Shown here piece by piece: positions 8,598-16,390 of a DNA stretch of 32,000 nucleotides. The translations under genes and the position numbers were made by a program. This stretch comes from Candidatus Iainarchaeum sp. (GTDB lineage Archaea; Iainarchaeota; Iainarchaeia; Iainarchaeales; VGJJ01). The DNA lies in NCBI GenBank assembly GCA_030688545.1, contig JAUYHT010000002.1, positions 240,001 through 272,000 on the forward strand, given 5' to 3'. Under the pieces are notes generated by a model. That model was given only the letters and a program-made list of their open reading frames with translations, was not told the DNA's origin and did no database searches. Numbering within the stretch: position 1 is the stretch's first letter; each line of letters starts with the position of its first letter.

Positions 8598-9240
8598 TGG
8601 CCCAATCCATGAAATCGCGAATAATATAGGGGTGGCCCACTTCCGGGTGGAAGGATAGCCCTAAAATGCGTTTTTGGGGATGCACGAAGCCCGAAATGGG
8701 GCAGGAGGGGCTGGAAAAGCATAGGAATGCCCCTTTGAATAAAATTGATGAGGATGGGGGAGAAGAAGAGGCGGACAGTGGGATAAAGGGGGCTGGGGAG
8801 GTGGATGAGACGCTGGGGAGGGTGACTTCCTTGGCATGCAGGGAATACACCCGAATGGAAGAAGGCACGTTTTCAAGGAAAGGAAAATTGCCCTTTTTAC
8901 GAATGAGATTCATTCCTATCAAAGGGACTTTTCGTGCTTTCACGCGGGCCCCAAAAAGGCGGGCGAGGAACTGCTGTCCGGCACAGATACCCACCATGGG
9001 GATGTCCACATTCCGTAGCCAGGCTAATCGTTTGACGTGCGCCTCATACGTGAAATCCTGCACTGGGCAACCGGAGAAGATGATGGCCCGCGCCGGCCGC
9101 ACATGCTTCTTTCCTAATTTGGAAATGGGAACGACCGTTGAAGGAAACTGGAGCGCCCGCTGGAGGGGCCAAGCAAATTCTCTCATGGTGAGGAGGGAAG
9201 ACATTCCAGAATTGACGACGAGGATATGATCCATGCTCAT
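8557..9240 (-). CDS. Class-I glutamine amidotransferase (GATase1) domain protein with an S/P-rich insertion
   Basis: 227-aa ORF. The nucleophile elbow is GICAGQQFL and the His-x-Glu motif is LSFHPEV, so the triad appears intact. It has an unusual insert, SVSSTSPAPFIPLSASSSPPSSS. Its ATG overlaps the upstream stop (ATGA at 9237-9240). Confidence 0.68.
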   Translation of the reverse strand: MSMDHILVVNSGMSSLLTMREFAWPLQRALQFPSTVVPISKLGKKHVRPARAIIFSGCPVQDFTYEAHVKRLAWLRNVDIPMVGICAGQQFLARLFGARVKARKVPLIGMNLIRKKGNFPFLENVPSSIRVYSLHAKEVTLPSVSSTSPAPFIPLSASSSPPSSSILFKGAFLCFSSPSCPISGFVHPQKRILGLSFHPEVGHPYIIRDFMDWAINNSPLPARTGRK

Positions 9241-10007
9241 GTGGATTTTCTCCTTTTTCCATTTTTCATTTTTCCTTTTTTATTTTTTCTATTTTTGTTT
9301 TTGGGAAAGGGGATAATCGGTTTGTGAATCGCTTGCAATTCCCGGATGTGCCGGGTGCCCTGCAGCCCTATCCATTCATCCTCGAAGCGCCGCACGCGGA
9401 GACGCTCATGGAAGAATGGCGCATCGAGGACGAAGCTCTCGAATTCCCCCCCTTCGCCTATGGGGGAAACACCATGGGAGGATTCCAATGAAAATAATAC
9501 GGGAGAATGATTCTCATCAATGGTTTTCCCCAACCATTCTTTCTCCAGTCCCCGCGCGGCCACCGCGACTAACATGATTTCAAAGCCCCGCGTATGCAAC
9601 TCATGCCAATGCGCCCGAGGAGATGATTGCCAGAGGGGATTGAAACACCATAACCCCATATCCCAACAGATACGCTGGATGCGGGAGGCCTGGTAAGTCG
9701 AATACACCGCACCCGTAACCACTCCTTCAATTCCACAAGTCTCTTTCAATGCCCCGAGCACGCGTTTCAGATCCACATACTCCCGCGTTTTCTTACCGGA
9801 GGTGGGCACAAAAACTAAAGGGAGTCGCATGCTCGCCGCCTGAGTCTTCGTCCACGTGATATTAGGCACATGAAAGAGGAATGATTCCTTGTTCTCGGGC
9901 GCCATGGCCACCAAGCAAACTATCTCATGCCCCGCCTGCTTTGCAATATGCAGGGCGAGCGTGGAATCCTTCCCCCCCGAGAACAAAGAAGCGAGGCGCA
10001 TGGTCAT
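9237..10007 (-). CDS. dph6: Dph6/MJ0570-type PP-loop ATP pyrophosphatase (diphthine-ammonia ligase family)
   Basis: 256-aa ORF. The PP-loop is SGGKDS near the N-terminus. It also has NPLW and GEGGEFESFV motifs typical of the ATP_bind_4/diphthamide synthase family, and a Lys-rich C-terminal tail. Confidence 0.78.
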   Translation of the reverse strand: MTMRLASLFSGGKDSTLALHIAKQAGHEIVCLVAMAPENKESFLFHVPNITWTKTQAASMRLPLVFVPTSGKKTREYVDLKRVLGALKETCGIEGVVTGAVYSTYQASRIQRICWDMGLWCFNPLWQSSPRAHWHELHTRGFEIMLVAVAARGLEKEWLGKTIDENHSPVLFSLESSHGVSPIGEGGEFESFVLDAPFFHERLRVRRFEDEWIGLQGTRHIRELQAIHKPIIPFPKNKNRKNKKGKMKNGKRRKST

Positions 10008-10996
10008 TCCTTCCTGCTTCGGTTCAAGGCGATTTGGACGACTTTTCCCCGTCGGCGTCGTTTCTGTTTCTGCATGCGGCGATCGAGTTCGTCAAATAGA
10101 TCATCGTAATCGACCTTCTTGTCGTAGGAAGAAGTCCCGATAACGGCGGCAGTAAACGATATTGGTTTCCACCGGCGCTGGGCCAATAACCCTTTGACAA
10201 ACTCGAGTCCCATATTTTTACTCAATTTTTTCCACCAGTGTTGGTCTTGTTTTCCCTTCCTCCAACGTTTACTCAATTCCATGACTTCATCCCGAAATTC
10301 TGGGGAGTCAGTATCCCGAAGGTAATTTTCCTGCAACATTTTTATCAATGTGAATGCCGTCGCGGGATCTTTACGGAAAAATAGATAATATTCATCTCCA
10401 CCCATCCTACCAGCATAACCATTTCCTATTGCCGCCACCTGGGATAACATTTCAGTGAATCGGGATAATGTAACGTTTCCCACTTTTTGTCCGAAACGCT
10501 TGTTGATCCTTCCGAAACGATCGAGGTCGATGACGATTGCTGAAAAAGGCTGGTGATTAGGCTCGCGAAGCGCCTCATACACCCTCGCTTTGAACATGGA
10601 ATCATTCACGACGAGTGGGGTTTGGTGGTGATGAGTCAGTGATTTGGCAGTAATCTCCCGCATCACTCGCGCTAGCCGTCGGATCCCACGGTAGGTTCCA
10701 ATTACCCGATTTCTCTCCTCGGGAGAAAGGGTTTTCAAATGGCGCGTGAATCTGGGGTCATGGAAAAGGGAGGAGGTCCTTCGCTCAAATTGGGTGACCA
10801 GATTCAGGGAAGAGACGAGTTTTTGGGGATCCGCAATGAGCTCCCTCCCCTGTCTCGCTTGTTGATGATATTCATAGTAAAGCCCCAGGCTGCGGAATGC
10901 GTCCGTCCTGATTCGACTGGATGGTGTCAGTATATTAATTAGCCAATCCACCTTACGCTCCTTCTTTCGACGGGGGCGGAAAGGGAGAACGGGCAT
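10004..10996 (-). CDS. GGDEF-domain (diguanylate-cyclase-like) protein with an unknown N-terminal domain
   Basis: 330-aa ORF. IVIDLDRFGRINKRFGQKVGNVTL...GRMGGDEYYLFF aligns without gaps to the canonical GGDEF palm. The C-terminal ISFTAAVIG...DELDRRMQKQK matches the last strand and helix. Confidence 0.7.
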   Translation of the reverse strand: MPVLPFRPRRKKERKVDWLINILTPSSRIRTDAFRSLGLYYEYHQQARQGRELIADPQKLVSSLNLVTQFERRTSSLFHDPRFTRHLKTLSPEERNRVIGTYRGIRRLARVMREITAKSLTHHHQTPLVVNDSMFKARVYEALREPNHQPFSAIVIDLDRFGRINKRFGQKVGNVTLSRFTEMLSQVAAIGNGYAGRMGGDEYYLFFRKDPATAFTLIKMLQENYLRDTDSPEFRDEVMELSKRWRKGKQDQHWWKKLSKNMGLEFVKGLLAQRRWKPISFTAAVIGTSSYDKKVDYDDLFDELDRRMQKQKRRRRGKVVQIALNRSRKE

Positions 10997-11015
10997 ACCC
11001 AGGGAAGATAGACCT

Positions 11016-11026
11016 CCTATTTAACC
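11016..11026 (-). promoter_or_regulatory. TATA-like box for the GGDEF operon (GGTTAAATAGG on the minus strand)
   Basis: Centred about 25 nt upstream of the ATG at 10996. Confidence 0.45.
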
Positions 11027-11145
11027 CTCGGGGAAAGAACTACTGTCAATCCTTCTATTGACATTCCTCCCAGTATTCAAAGCAGCTAATCACGATTTTT
11101 TCACCCATTTGGGAGAACGGGGCATAAATCGAGGACGAGAGCACC

Positions 11146-11156
11146 CTATATAAATC
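11146..11156 (+). promoter_or_regulatory. TATA-like box for arcC (CTATATAAATC)
   Basis: Centred about 25 nt upstream of the ATG at 11176. Confidence 0.5.
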
Positions 11157-11175
11157 AGGAGTCATTTTTCTGGCC

Positions 11176-12090
11176 ATGCAACCACATATAGTAGGGTTGG
11201 GGGGAAATGCCCTCATTCGAATGCACCAATTAGGGGATTTCACGCAGCAATTGAAAAACGTGCAACGCACGTGCCGCGCGCTCGCCACCTATGCGGGGAA
11301 AGGAAACCCATTGGTTATTACTCATGGGAATGGGCCACAAGTGGGAAATCTGGAACTCCAGATGCGCGCCGCTTCCCCAAACGTTCCTCAGATGCCATTG
11401 GACGTGGAAGGGGCGATGACGCAAGGGCAGATTGGGCACCTCCTCTTCCTGGGGTTGAAAAAATGGAAACCCACATTGGAAATAAGCATGATCCTGACTC
11501 ACGTGGAAGTGGATCCCAAGGATTATGCATTCAAAATCCCCACCAAACCCATCGGACCCTGGTATTCCCATTCCACCCATCTCACGCGCCACCGGATTCC
11601 CTTTCTCCACGATCCCAAAAAAGGGTTCAGACGGTTAGTGGCCTCTCCCAACCCTCAAAAAATAATTGAATTGGACGCCATCCGCACATTGTTGAAACAA
11701 GGCCACGTGGTCATTGCCGGGGGAGGCGGGGGCATCCCCGTGTTTAGAAACAAAATGGGTTACCGGGGCGCGGAAGGCGTCATCGATAAGGATCTGGCAT
11801 CCTCCCTGCTCGCCACCCGACTGAAGGCGCATCAGCTCACTATTCTTACGGATGAATCCCACGTATACACCCAATTCGCCACTCGCCATCCACGCCCCAT
11901 TCTCCATATGAATAGACGCGAGGCCCGCGCCCATCTGAGGAAAGGGGAATTCGGGGAAGGGAGCATGCGACCTAAAATAGAGGCCGGACTCCGATTCCTT
12001 CAAAAAGGGGGAAGGGTTGTGCACATCGGGCATACCGACGACGCGAAACAGGTGATGATGGGTGAAAAAGGGACGCGCATCTATCCATGA
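11176..12090 (+). CDS. arcC: Carbamate kinase
   Basis: 304-aa ORF with GLGGNAL at the N-terminus, the THGNGPQVG motif and IAGGGGGIPV. Confidence 0.9.
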   Translation: MQPHIVGLGGNALIRMHQLGDFTQQLKNVQRTCRALATYAGKGNPLVITHGNGPQVGNLELQMRAASPNVPQMPLDVEGAMTQGQIGHLLFLGLKKWKPTLEISMILTHVEVDPKDYAFKIPTKPIGPWYSHSTHLTRHRIPFLHDPKKGFRRLVASPNPQKIIELDAIRTLLKQGHVVIAGGGGGIPVFRNKMGYRGAEGVIDKDLASSLLATRLKAHQLTILTDESHVYTQFATRHPRPILHMNRREARAHLRKGEFGEGSMRPKIEAGLRFLQKGGRVVHIGHTDDAKQVMMGEKGTRIYP

Positions 12091-13063
12091 GATAGATTCC
12101 ATTCTAAGCTCCAGGCCCTTCCGCCAATTGAAAGGAAAGGATTTCCTGAACACACATGATATTACCTCCCATCAAATGGACGACATCCATTCCCTCGCGG
12201 GCCTCCTCAAAAGAATGCACCAGCACCACGAGGGATTACCTCCCCTACTCCACCAGAAAGCCGTGGCCTTGCTCTTCGAGAAGCCCTCCACCCGCACGCG
12301 CACGTCGTTCGATGTGGGCATCCATCTGCTGGGTGGACACAGTTTTTTTATCGACAAAACCACCACCCAAATGTCCCGGGGAGAAGACTGGAAGGATACC
12401 ACTCTCACGTTAACCCAATACACGGATGCCCTAATGGCCCGGGTGTTCGAACATACGACGCTGGAACAGATGGCCCGCTTCTCTTCCAAACCCGTGATCA
12501 ACGGTCTCACGAATGAAAACCACCCCTGCCAAATCCTTTCGGATTTATTCACGATGCGGGAACATTACGGGACGCTCGACGGGTTAACAGTCATGTATGC
12601 TGGGGTCTCCGATAATGTTACGGATTCCCTCCTCGTGGGATGCGCGATGATGGGAATGGACATCATCGTGGCCTCCCCACCCCCTTTCAAGGTGTCGCCG
12701 AAATACCTCGCGATCGCCAGGAAATTATCCAAGAAGACCGGAAGCGCCATTACCGTATTTCCCCGCATTCCTGAATTAAAAATATTGAAACAAGTGAACG
12801 TGGTCTACACCGATGAATGGGAAAGCATGCACATGCACCTCGACAAGAAGAAGATGCTACCCCTTCTGCGCCCCTTCCAGGTGAATGAAAAATTGATGGG
12901 AAAATGCGCCCGGGGCGCCAAGATGATGCACTGCCTCCCCGCCATCAAAGGGGAGGAAGTATCCCCAACTATCATGTATGGGAAATATTCTCTCGTGTGG
13001 GAACAGGCCCAAAACAGGATGTGGGCGCAAATGGCTTTGTTGAGTGGGTTGCTGCGTGATTAG
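12062..13063 (+). CDS. argF: Ornithine carbamoyltransferase-family transcarbamylase
   Basis: 333-aa ORF with STRTRTSF (carbamoyl-P site), HPCQ and HCLP motifs. The usual SMG ornithine loop reads SMH. It overlaps arcC by 29 nt, so the start is uncertain. Confidence 0.85.
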   Translation: MKKGRASIHEIDSILSSRPFRQLKGKDFLNTHDITSHQMDDIHSLAGLLKRMHQHHEGLPPLLHQKAVALLFEKPSTRTRTSFDVGIHLLGGHSFFIDKTTTQMSRGEDWKDTTLTLTQYTDALMARVFEHTTLEQMARFSSKPVINGLTNENHPCQILSDLFTMREHYGTLDGLTVMYAGVSDNVTDSLLVGCAMMGMDIIVASPPPFKVSPKYLAIARKLSKKTGSAITVFPRIPELKILKQVNVVYTDEWESMHMHLDKKKMLPLLRPFQVNEKLMGKCARGAKMMHCLPAIKGEEVSPTIMYGKYSLVWEQAQNRMWAQMALLSGLLRD

Positions 13064-14275
13064 ATGGGCCGTTCTACGCTTATCCAACGCGGGCTCGAAG
13101 GCAACCTCTGGAAACTGCTCGCGTATACTATCTCCCAGCGCCGAAACTTTTTCCCTATCTTGTCCATCTATTTCCTCACCCTCCCGGGAGCAGATGCCCA
13201 GCAGATAGGGTTGTACTCTGCCATCGGATTCCTGGTTTCCTTCCTGATTGAAATACCTTCTGGATACATGGCCGATCATATTGGGCACCGGAAAACACTC
13301 ATCCTGAGCAAAGTGTTCATGGTGCTCTCTACCCTATCCTTCCTCACCGCGAACAGTCTGCCAGGATTCATACTCGGGGCATCTTTTTTATCCCTTTCAT
13401 TCGCTTTCCAATCGGGCACCCTCACGGCCTTCCTCTATGACACCCTCCAATCCCTGAAGCGGGAGAAGGAGTATGCCCGCCAACATAGTCGGATTGCGGC
13501 CAATGGCTCACTTGTGAGCATGGTGCTTATGTTCAGCCTGCCATTCCTGGTTCCCATTGACATCCGCCTGCCATTCCTCATCGTGTTGGCCTTCGACCTC
13601 GTGGGAATGGCCATCGTGTTCGCGCTGAAAGATCCTCCCGTGGAAAAAGAGCACCGCGCCCAACCCTATCAATCCATAACAAAACTCATCCATGACGCCA
13701 AGGAATCAGGAATGCTTCCCTTCGTGATGTTCACAGGATTAATCGGGGGATTCATGATAGGCATCTCGGCCTTCCGAGAACCCTATCTCCTATCCTTGGG
13801 GATGCCAATTGCCCTTATTGGATTGGTCATGGGAGGATCGCGGCTTATCTGGTATGTCGTGGGAACCCACATCCAGCACCTGGAAAAATTCCCTTTCCGG
13901 CGACTTATCCAGGCCGAACTGTTCCTCTTCCCGGGGATGTTCATCCTCGCCTCGGTGATTCAGGAAGTTTTCCTCACCGCGCTCATTTTCATGCTTACGT
14001 TGGGGTACCTCTGGGGCCGCTCCCACCTCATGGAGGATTACTTCATCCGCACCTACATCCGCCAGCCCAAATACAAAGCCACCCTCCTCTCCATCCATTC
14101 CCAAGTCTCCCTCATCATCCAAGCCCTCGTGGCTGGGGGCGCCGGTTATCTCATGGCCCAATCCTATTCCTTAGGTTTCCTGGTGTCAGGGATCTCCCTT
14201 TTCCTTTTACTTGGAATGGTCTACTTGTTTCTGCAACCCCAACTCAGGCGGGGCGTGGGAATAGCCGACCATTGA
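13064..14275 (+). CDS. MFS transporter
   Basis: 403-aa ORF, multi-TM, with MFS motif A-like GYMADHIGHRKTLIL. Its ATG directly abuts the OTC stop (TAGATG). Confidence 0.78.
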   Translation: MGRSTLIQRGLEGNLWKLLAYTISQRRNFFPILSIYFLTLPGADAQQIGLYSAIGFLVSFLIEIPSGYMADHIGHRKTLILSKVFMVLSTLSFLTANSLPGFILGASFLSLSFAFQSGTLTAFLYDTLQSLKREKEYARQHSRIAANGSLVSMVLMFSLPFLVPIDIRLPFLIVLAFDLVGMAIVFALKDPPVEKEHRAQPYQSITKLIHDAKESGMLPFVMFTGLIGGFMIGISAFREPYLLSLGMPIALIGLVMGGSRLIWYVVGTHIQHLEKFPFRRLIQAELFLFPGMFILASVIQEVFLTALIFMLTLGYLWGRSHLMEDYFIRTYIRQPKYKATLLSIHSQVSLIIQALVAGGAGYLMAQSYSLGFLVSGISLFLLLGMVYLFLQPQLRRGVGIADH

Positions 14276-14439
14276 ATGGGTGGAATAGGTACATTTTTAC
14301 CATAGGGAAATTTTCCCCCATGAGGAAAAATTGTAGCCCACTAGAAATGGGTGGTATTGCTTTTCAGAAAGCAGGTAACCCTATATAGAACTGAGGGCCA
14401 ACTCCATATGCAAGCCCACATTTTCAGGAGGCCACCCGC

Positions 14440-14820
14440 ATGATTGGATACACCACTAATATCGAAAAGGAAACACTTGACAACACCGCTTACCGGCGCG
14501 TACTGTTCACCGGTAAAAAGATGCAATTAGTGGTGATGACGCTCAGGCCGCAGGAAGACATCCCCCTGGAGACGCACCCGGACACGGACCAATTTATTCG
14601 CGTGGAAAAAGGAGAGGCCTTGGTGAAAATAGGAAGTGAAGAGAACAAAGTGTCTGAAGACGAAATGATCATTATTCCGGCGGGGAATGCGCATTACGTG
14701 AAGAACACCTCCACGGAGGAAGATTTGAAGATCTACACCCTATATTCGCCCCCCGAACACCCGGAAGGAACGGTTCAACAAACTAAAGCGGAAGCGGATG
14801 CGGCGGAAAAGGATCATTGA
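14440..14820 (+). CDS. Cupin-domain protein
   Basis: 126-aa ORF with cupin motifs (ETHPDTDQFIRVEKGEA and IIIPAGNAHYVKN). It is preceded by a GGAGG Shine-Dalgarno sequence (14425-14429) and a TATA-like CTATATAG near 14383-14390. Confidence 0.7.
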   Translation: MIGYTTNIEKETLDNTAYRRVLFTGKKMQLVVMTLRPQEDIPLETHPDTDQFIRVEKGEALVKIGSEENKVSEDEMIIIPAGNAHYVKNTSTEEDLKIYTLYSPPEHPEGTVQQTKAEADAAEKDH

Positions 14821-14831
14821 TCAAACATCCA

Positions 14832-14944
14832 TTTGAAAAAAGGTGCACGAAAAAACAAAAAAAAAATGGGGCGGGAGAGATTCGGAACGCACCTTTTGAA
14901 AAAAGGTGCACGAAAAAACAAAAAAAAATGGGGCGGGAGAGATT
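14832..14944. repeat. Tandem duplication (two units, 63-nt period) containing the tRNA-Pro(CGG) 3' end plus its T-rich trailer
   Basis: 14832-14882 and 14895-14944 are identical except for one A in a homopolymer. Each ends with TGGGGCGGGAGAGATT, the complement of the tRNA 3' end. A 9-bp-stem hairpin (GCACCTTTT-gaa-AAAAGGTGC) lies at 14889-14909. Confidence 0.9.
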
Positions 14945-15001
14945 TGAACTCTCGTCGACACCTCCCGAAGGTGCCATCCTACCAGGCTAGACGACCGCCC
15001 C
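14929..15001 (-). tRNA. tRNA-Pro (anticodon CGG)
   Basis: The reverse complement folds as acceptor GGGGCGG/CCGCCCC, anticodon stem GCACC/GGTGT, loop TTCGGGA (G37), T-arm GAGAG-TTCAAAT-CTCTC, discriminator A. It is 73 nt. Confidence 0.9.
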
Positions 15002-15167
15002 AAAGGGTAGCTAGGATGAAATGGTTTGATTGGGTACCCATATAATGGGCACGCATCCTTCTTCCCCTCCGGGTGTAAATAGGGCACAGACGATTTTACC
15101 TGGCCTAACCAGAGGGAGGTGCCGGTTAGGGGATTTCTATTAAATCCTCTTAATGGCTGGCTGAGGC

Positions 15168-16382
15168 ATGGAACCCTACACGCGCATCACCCTCGTGTTC
15201 GCGGTCTTCTCTATGGCCGTGGTGCTCGTGGACCCTATTTTTGCGTTGTACTTGACCCAAGAGGGATATGGAACTATTGAGATAACGGTTCTCCTCTCTG
15301 CCTTCGCCCTCGCGGGGATGGTGGCAGCCCCCTTATTGGGTGGAATGTCAGACCATTGGGGAAGGAGACCCATTATTTTGGCTGGAATATTGTTTGCCAT
15401 GATCGCCTACTCCTTATATGCCTTCATCAACAATCCCATTGTCATTTTTCTCGCGCGAATACTCGAGGGTATCGCGTACGTGGCCGTGATACTTGCGGCC
15501 ATCGCGAAGATGGAAGACATTGTCGTGAATGAAAAAACAAAAAAGGCCAGCACGCGCGTCGGAATGAGTTTGTCCATTGGAAAAATAGGGCATGTTGTGG
15601 GACCCCTCCTGGGGGGAATTATCGCGACGTATTATGGAATTATTTCTCCCTTTCTCGCGGCCGTCATCGTACTGGGAATCATTGGAATATGGTATTTTTT
15701 CCAAAAACACAACACGCACCCGATTCCAAAACTGAGAGAATTAACATTCAACCCCATTCCACTTGTTCAGGAGTTCTGGAAAAACAAACCCCTACGCGGA
15801 TTGAGCGCGCTGGTAATAACGCACCAATTCAGCATCTCGGTGCTATTCGTTTTTCTCCCCCTTTTCATGGTGAAAGATTTGGGTTATTCCATTGAACTCG
15901 TTGGAATTGCCCTCTTCGTGAAAGAAGTGCCTCAGCTCATTCAGTTCCTCGCGGGAAAACTCACAGACTCCTGGGGAAGCAAGCACGTGGTGATCCTCGG
16001 AACTACGCTCTGCGGGGTGTCGATGGTGGCGCTCTCTTTCTTCCACACTTTCGATTGGATACTGGTGGCGCTCTTCGTGTATGGAATGGGAGGAAGCCTC
16101 ATGGGGATTAGTACGATTGCACTCCTCTCTGGGTTTGCCGAACAAACCAAGCAAGAAGGATCTTTCCTCGGGAGCCACGTGGCCATTTCCAGAATAGGCG
16201 CCTTCCTCGGATTCATTATCTCGGGAATCGTGGTTCAACTCACGAGCATCCCCACCCTCTTTGCGGTGGCGGGAACGCTCATTCTCGTGGGAATCGTAAT
16301 AGGAGAAGAGTACTTGGCCTCGCATACCTTCTATTTACCCAAACCCAAGCACCTTCTTTCGGCCCTCTTTCACCACCGGTAA
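15168..16382 (+). CDS. MFS transporter
   Basis: 404-aa ORF, roughly 12 TM helices, with motif A GGMSDHWGRRPIILAG. A TATA-like CTATTAAATCC at 15137-15147 is centred about 26 nt upstream. Confidence 0.8.
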   Translation: MEPYTRITLVFAVFSMAVVLVDPIFALYLTQEGYGTIEITVLLSAFALAGMVAAPLLGGMSDHWGRRPIILAGILFAMIAYSLYAFINNPIVIFLARILEGIAYVAVILAAIAKMEDIVVNEKTKKASTRVGMSLSIGKIGHVVGPLLGGIIATYYGIISPFLAAVIVLGIIGIWYFFQKHNTHPIPKLRELTFNPIPLVQEFWKNKPLRGLSALVITHQFSISVLFVFLPLFMVKDLGYSIELVGIALFVKEVPQLIQFLAGKLTDSWGSKHVVILGTTLCGVSMVALSFFHTFDWILVALFVYGMGGSLMGISTIALLSGFAEQTKQEGSFLGSHVAISRIGAFLGFIISGIVVQLTSIPTLFAVAGTLILVGIVIGEEYLASHTFYLPKPKHLLSALFHHR

Positions 16383-16390
16383 ATGGGCGC

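Noticed and set aside
8666-9229. Plus-strand 187-aa ORF antisense to the GATase gene
   Set aside because: It has no motifs. The minus-strand frame carries the GATase catalytic motifs and operon coupling.
14273-14360. AATGGGTGG words (14273 and 14345) as a third copy of the tRNA-Pro(CGG) end, which would bracket the cupin gene
   Set aside because: It shares only about 8-9 nt of loose similarity with AATGGGGCGG. The cupin gene shows no GC drop.
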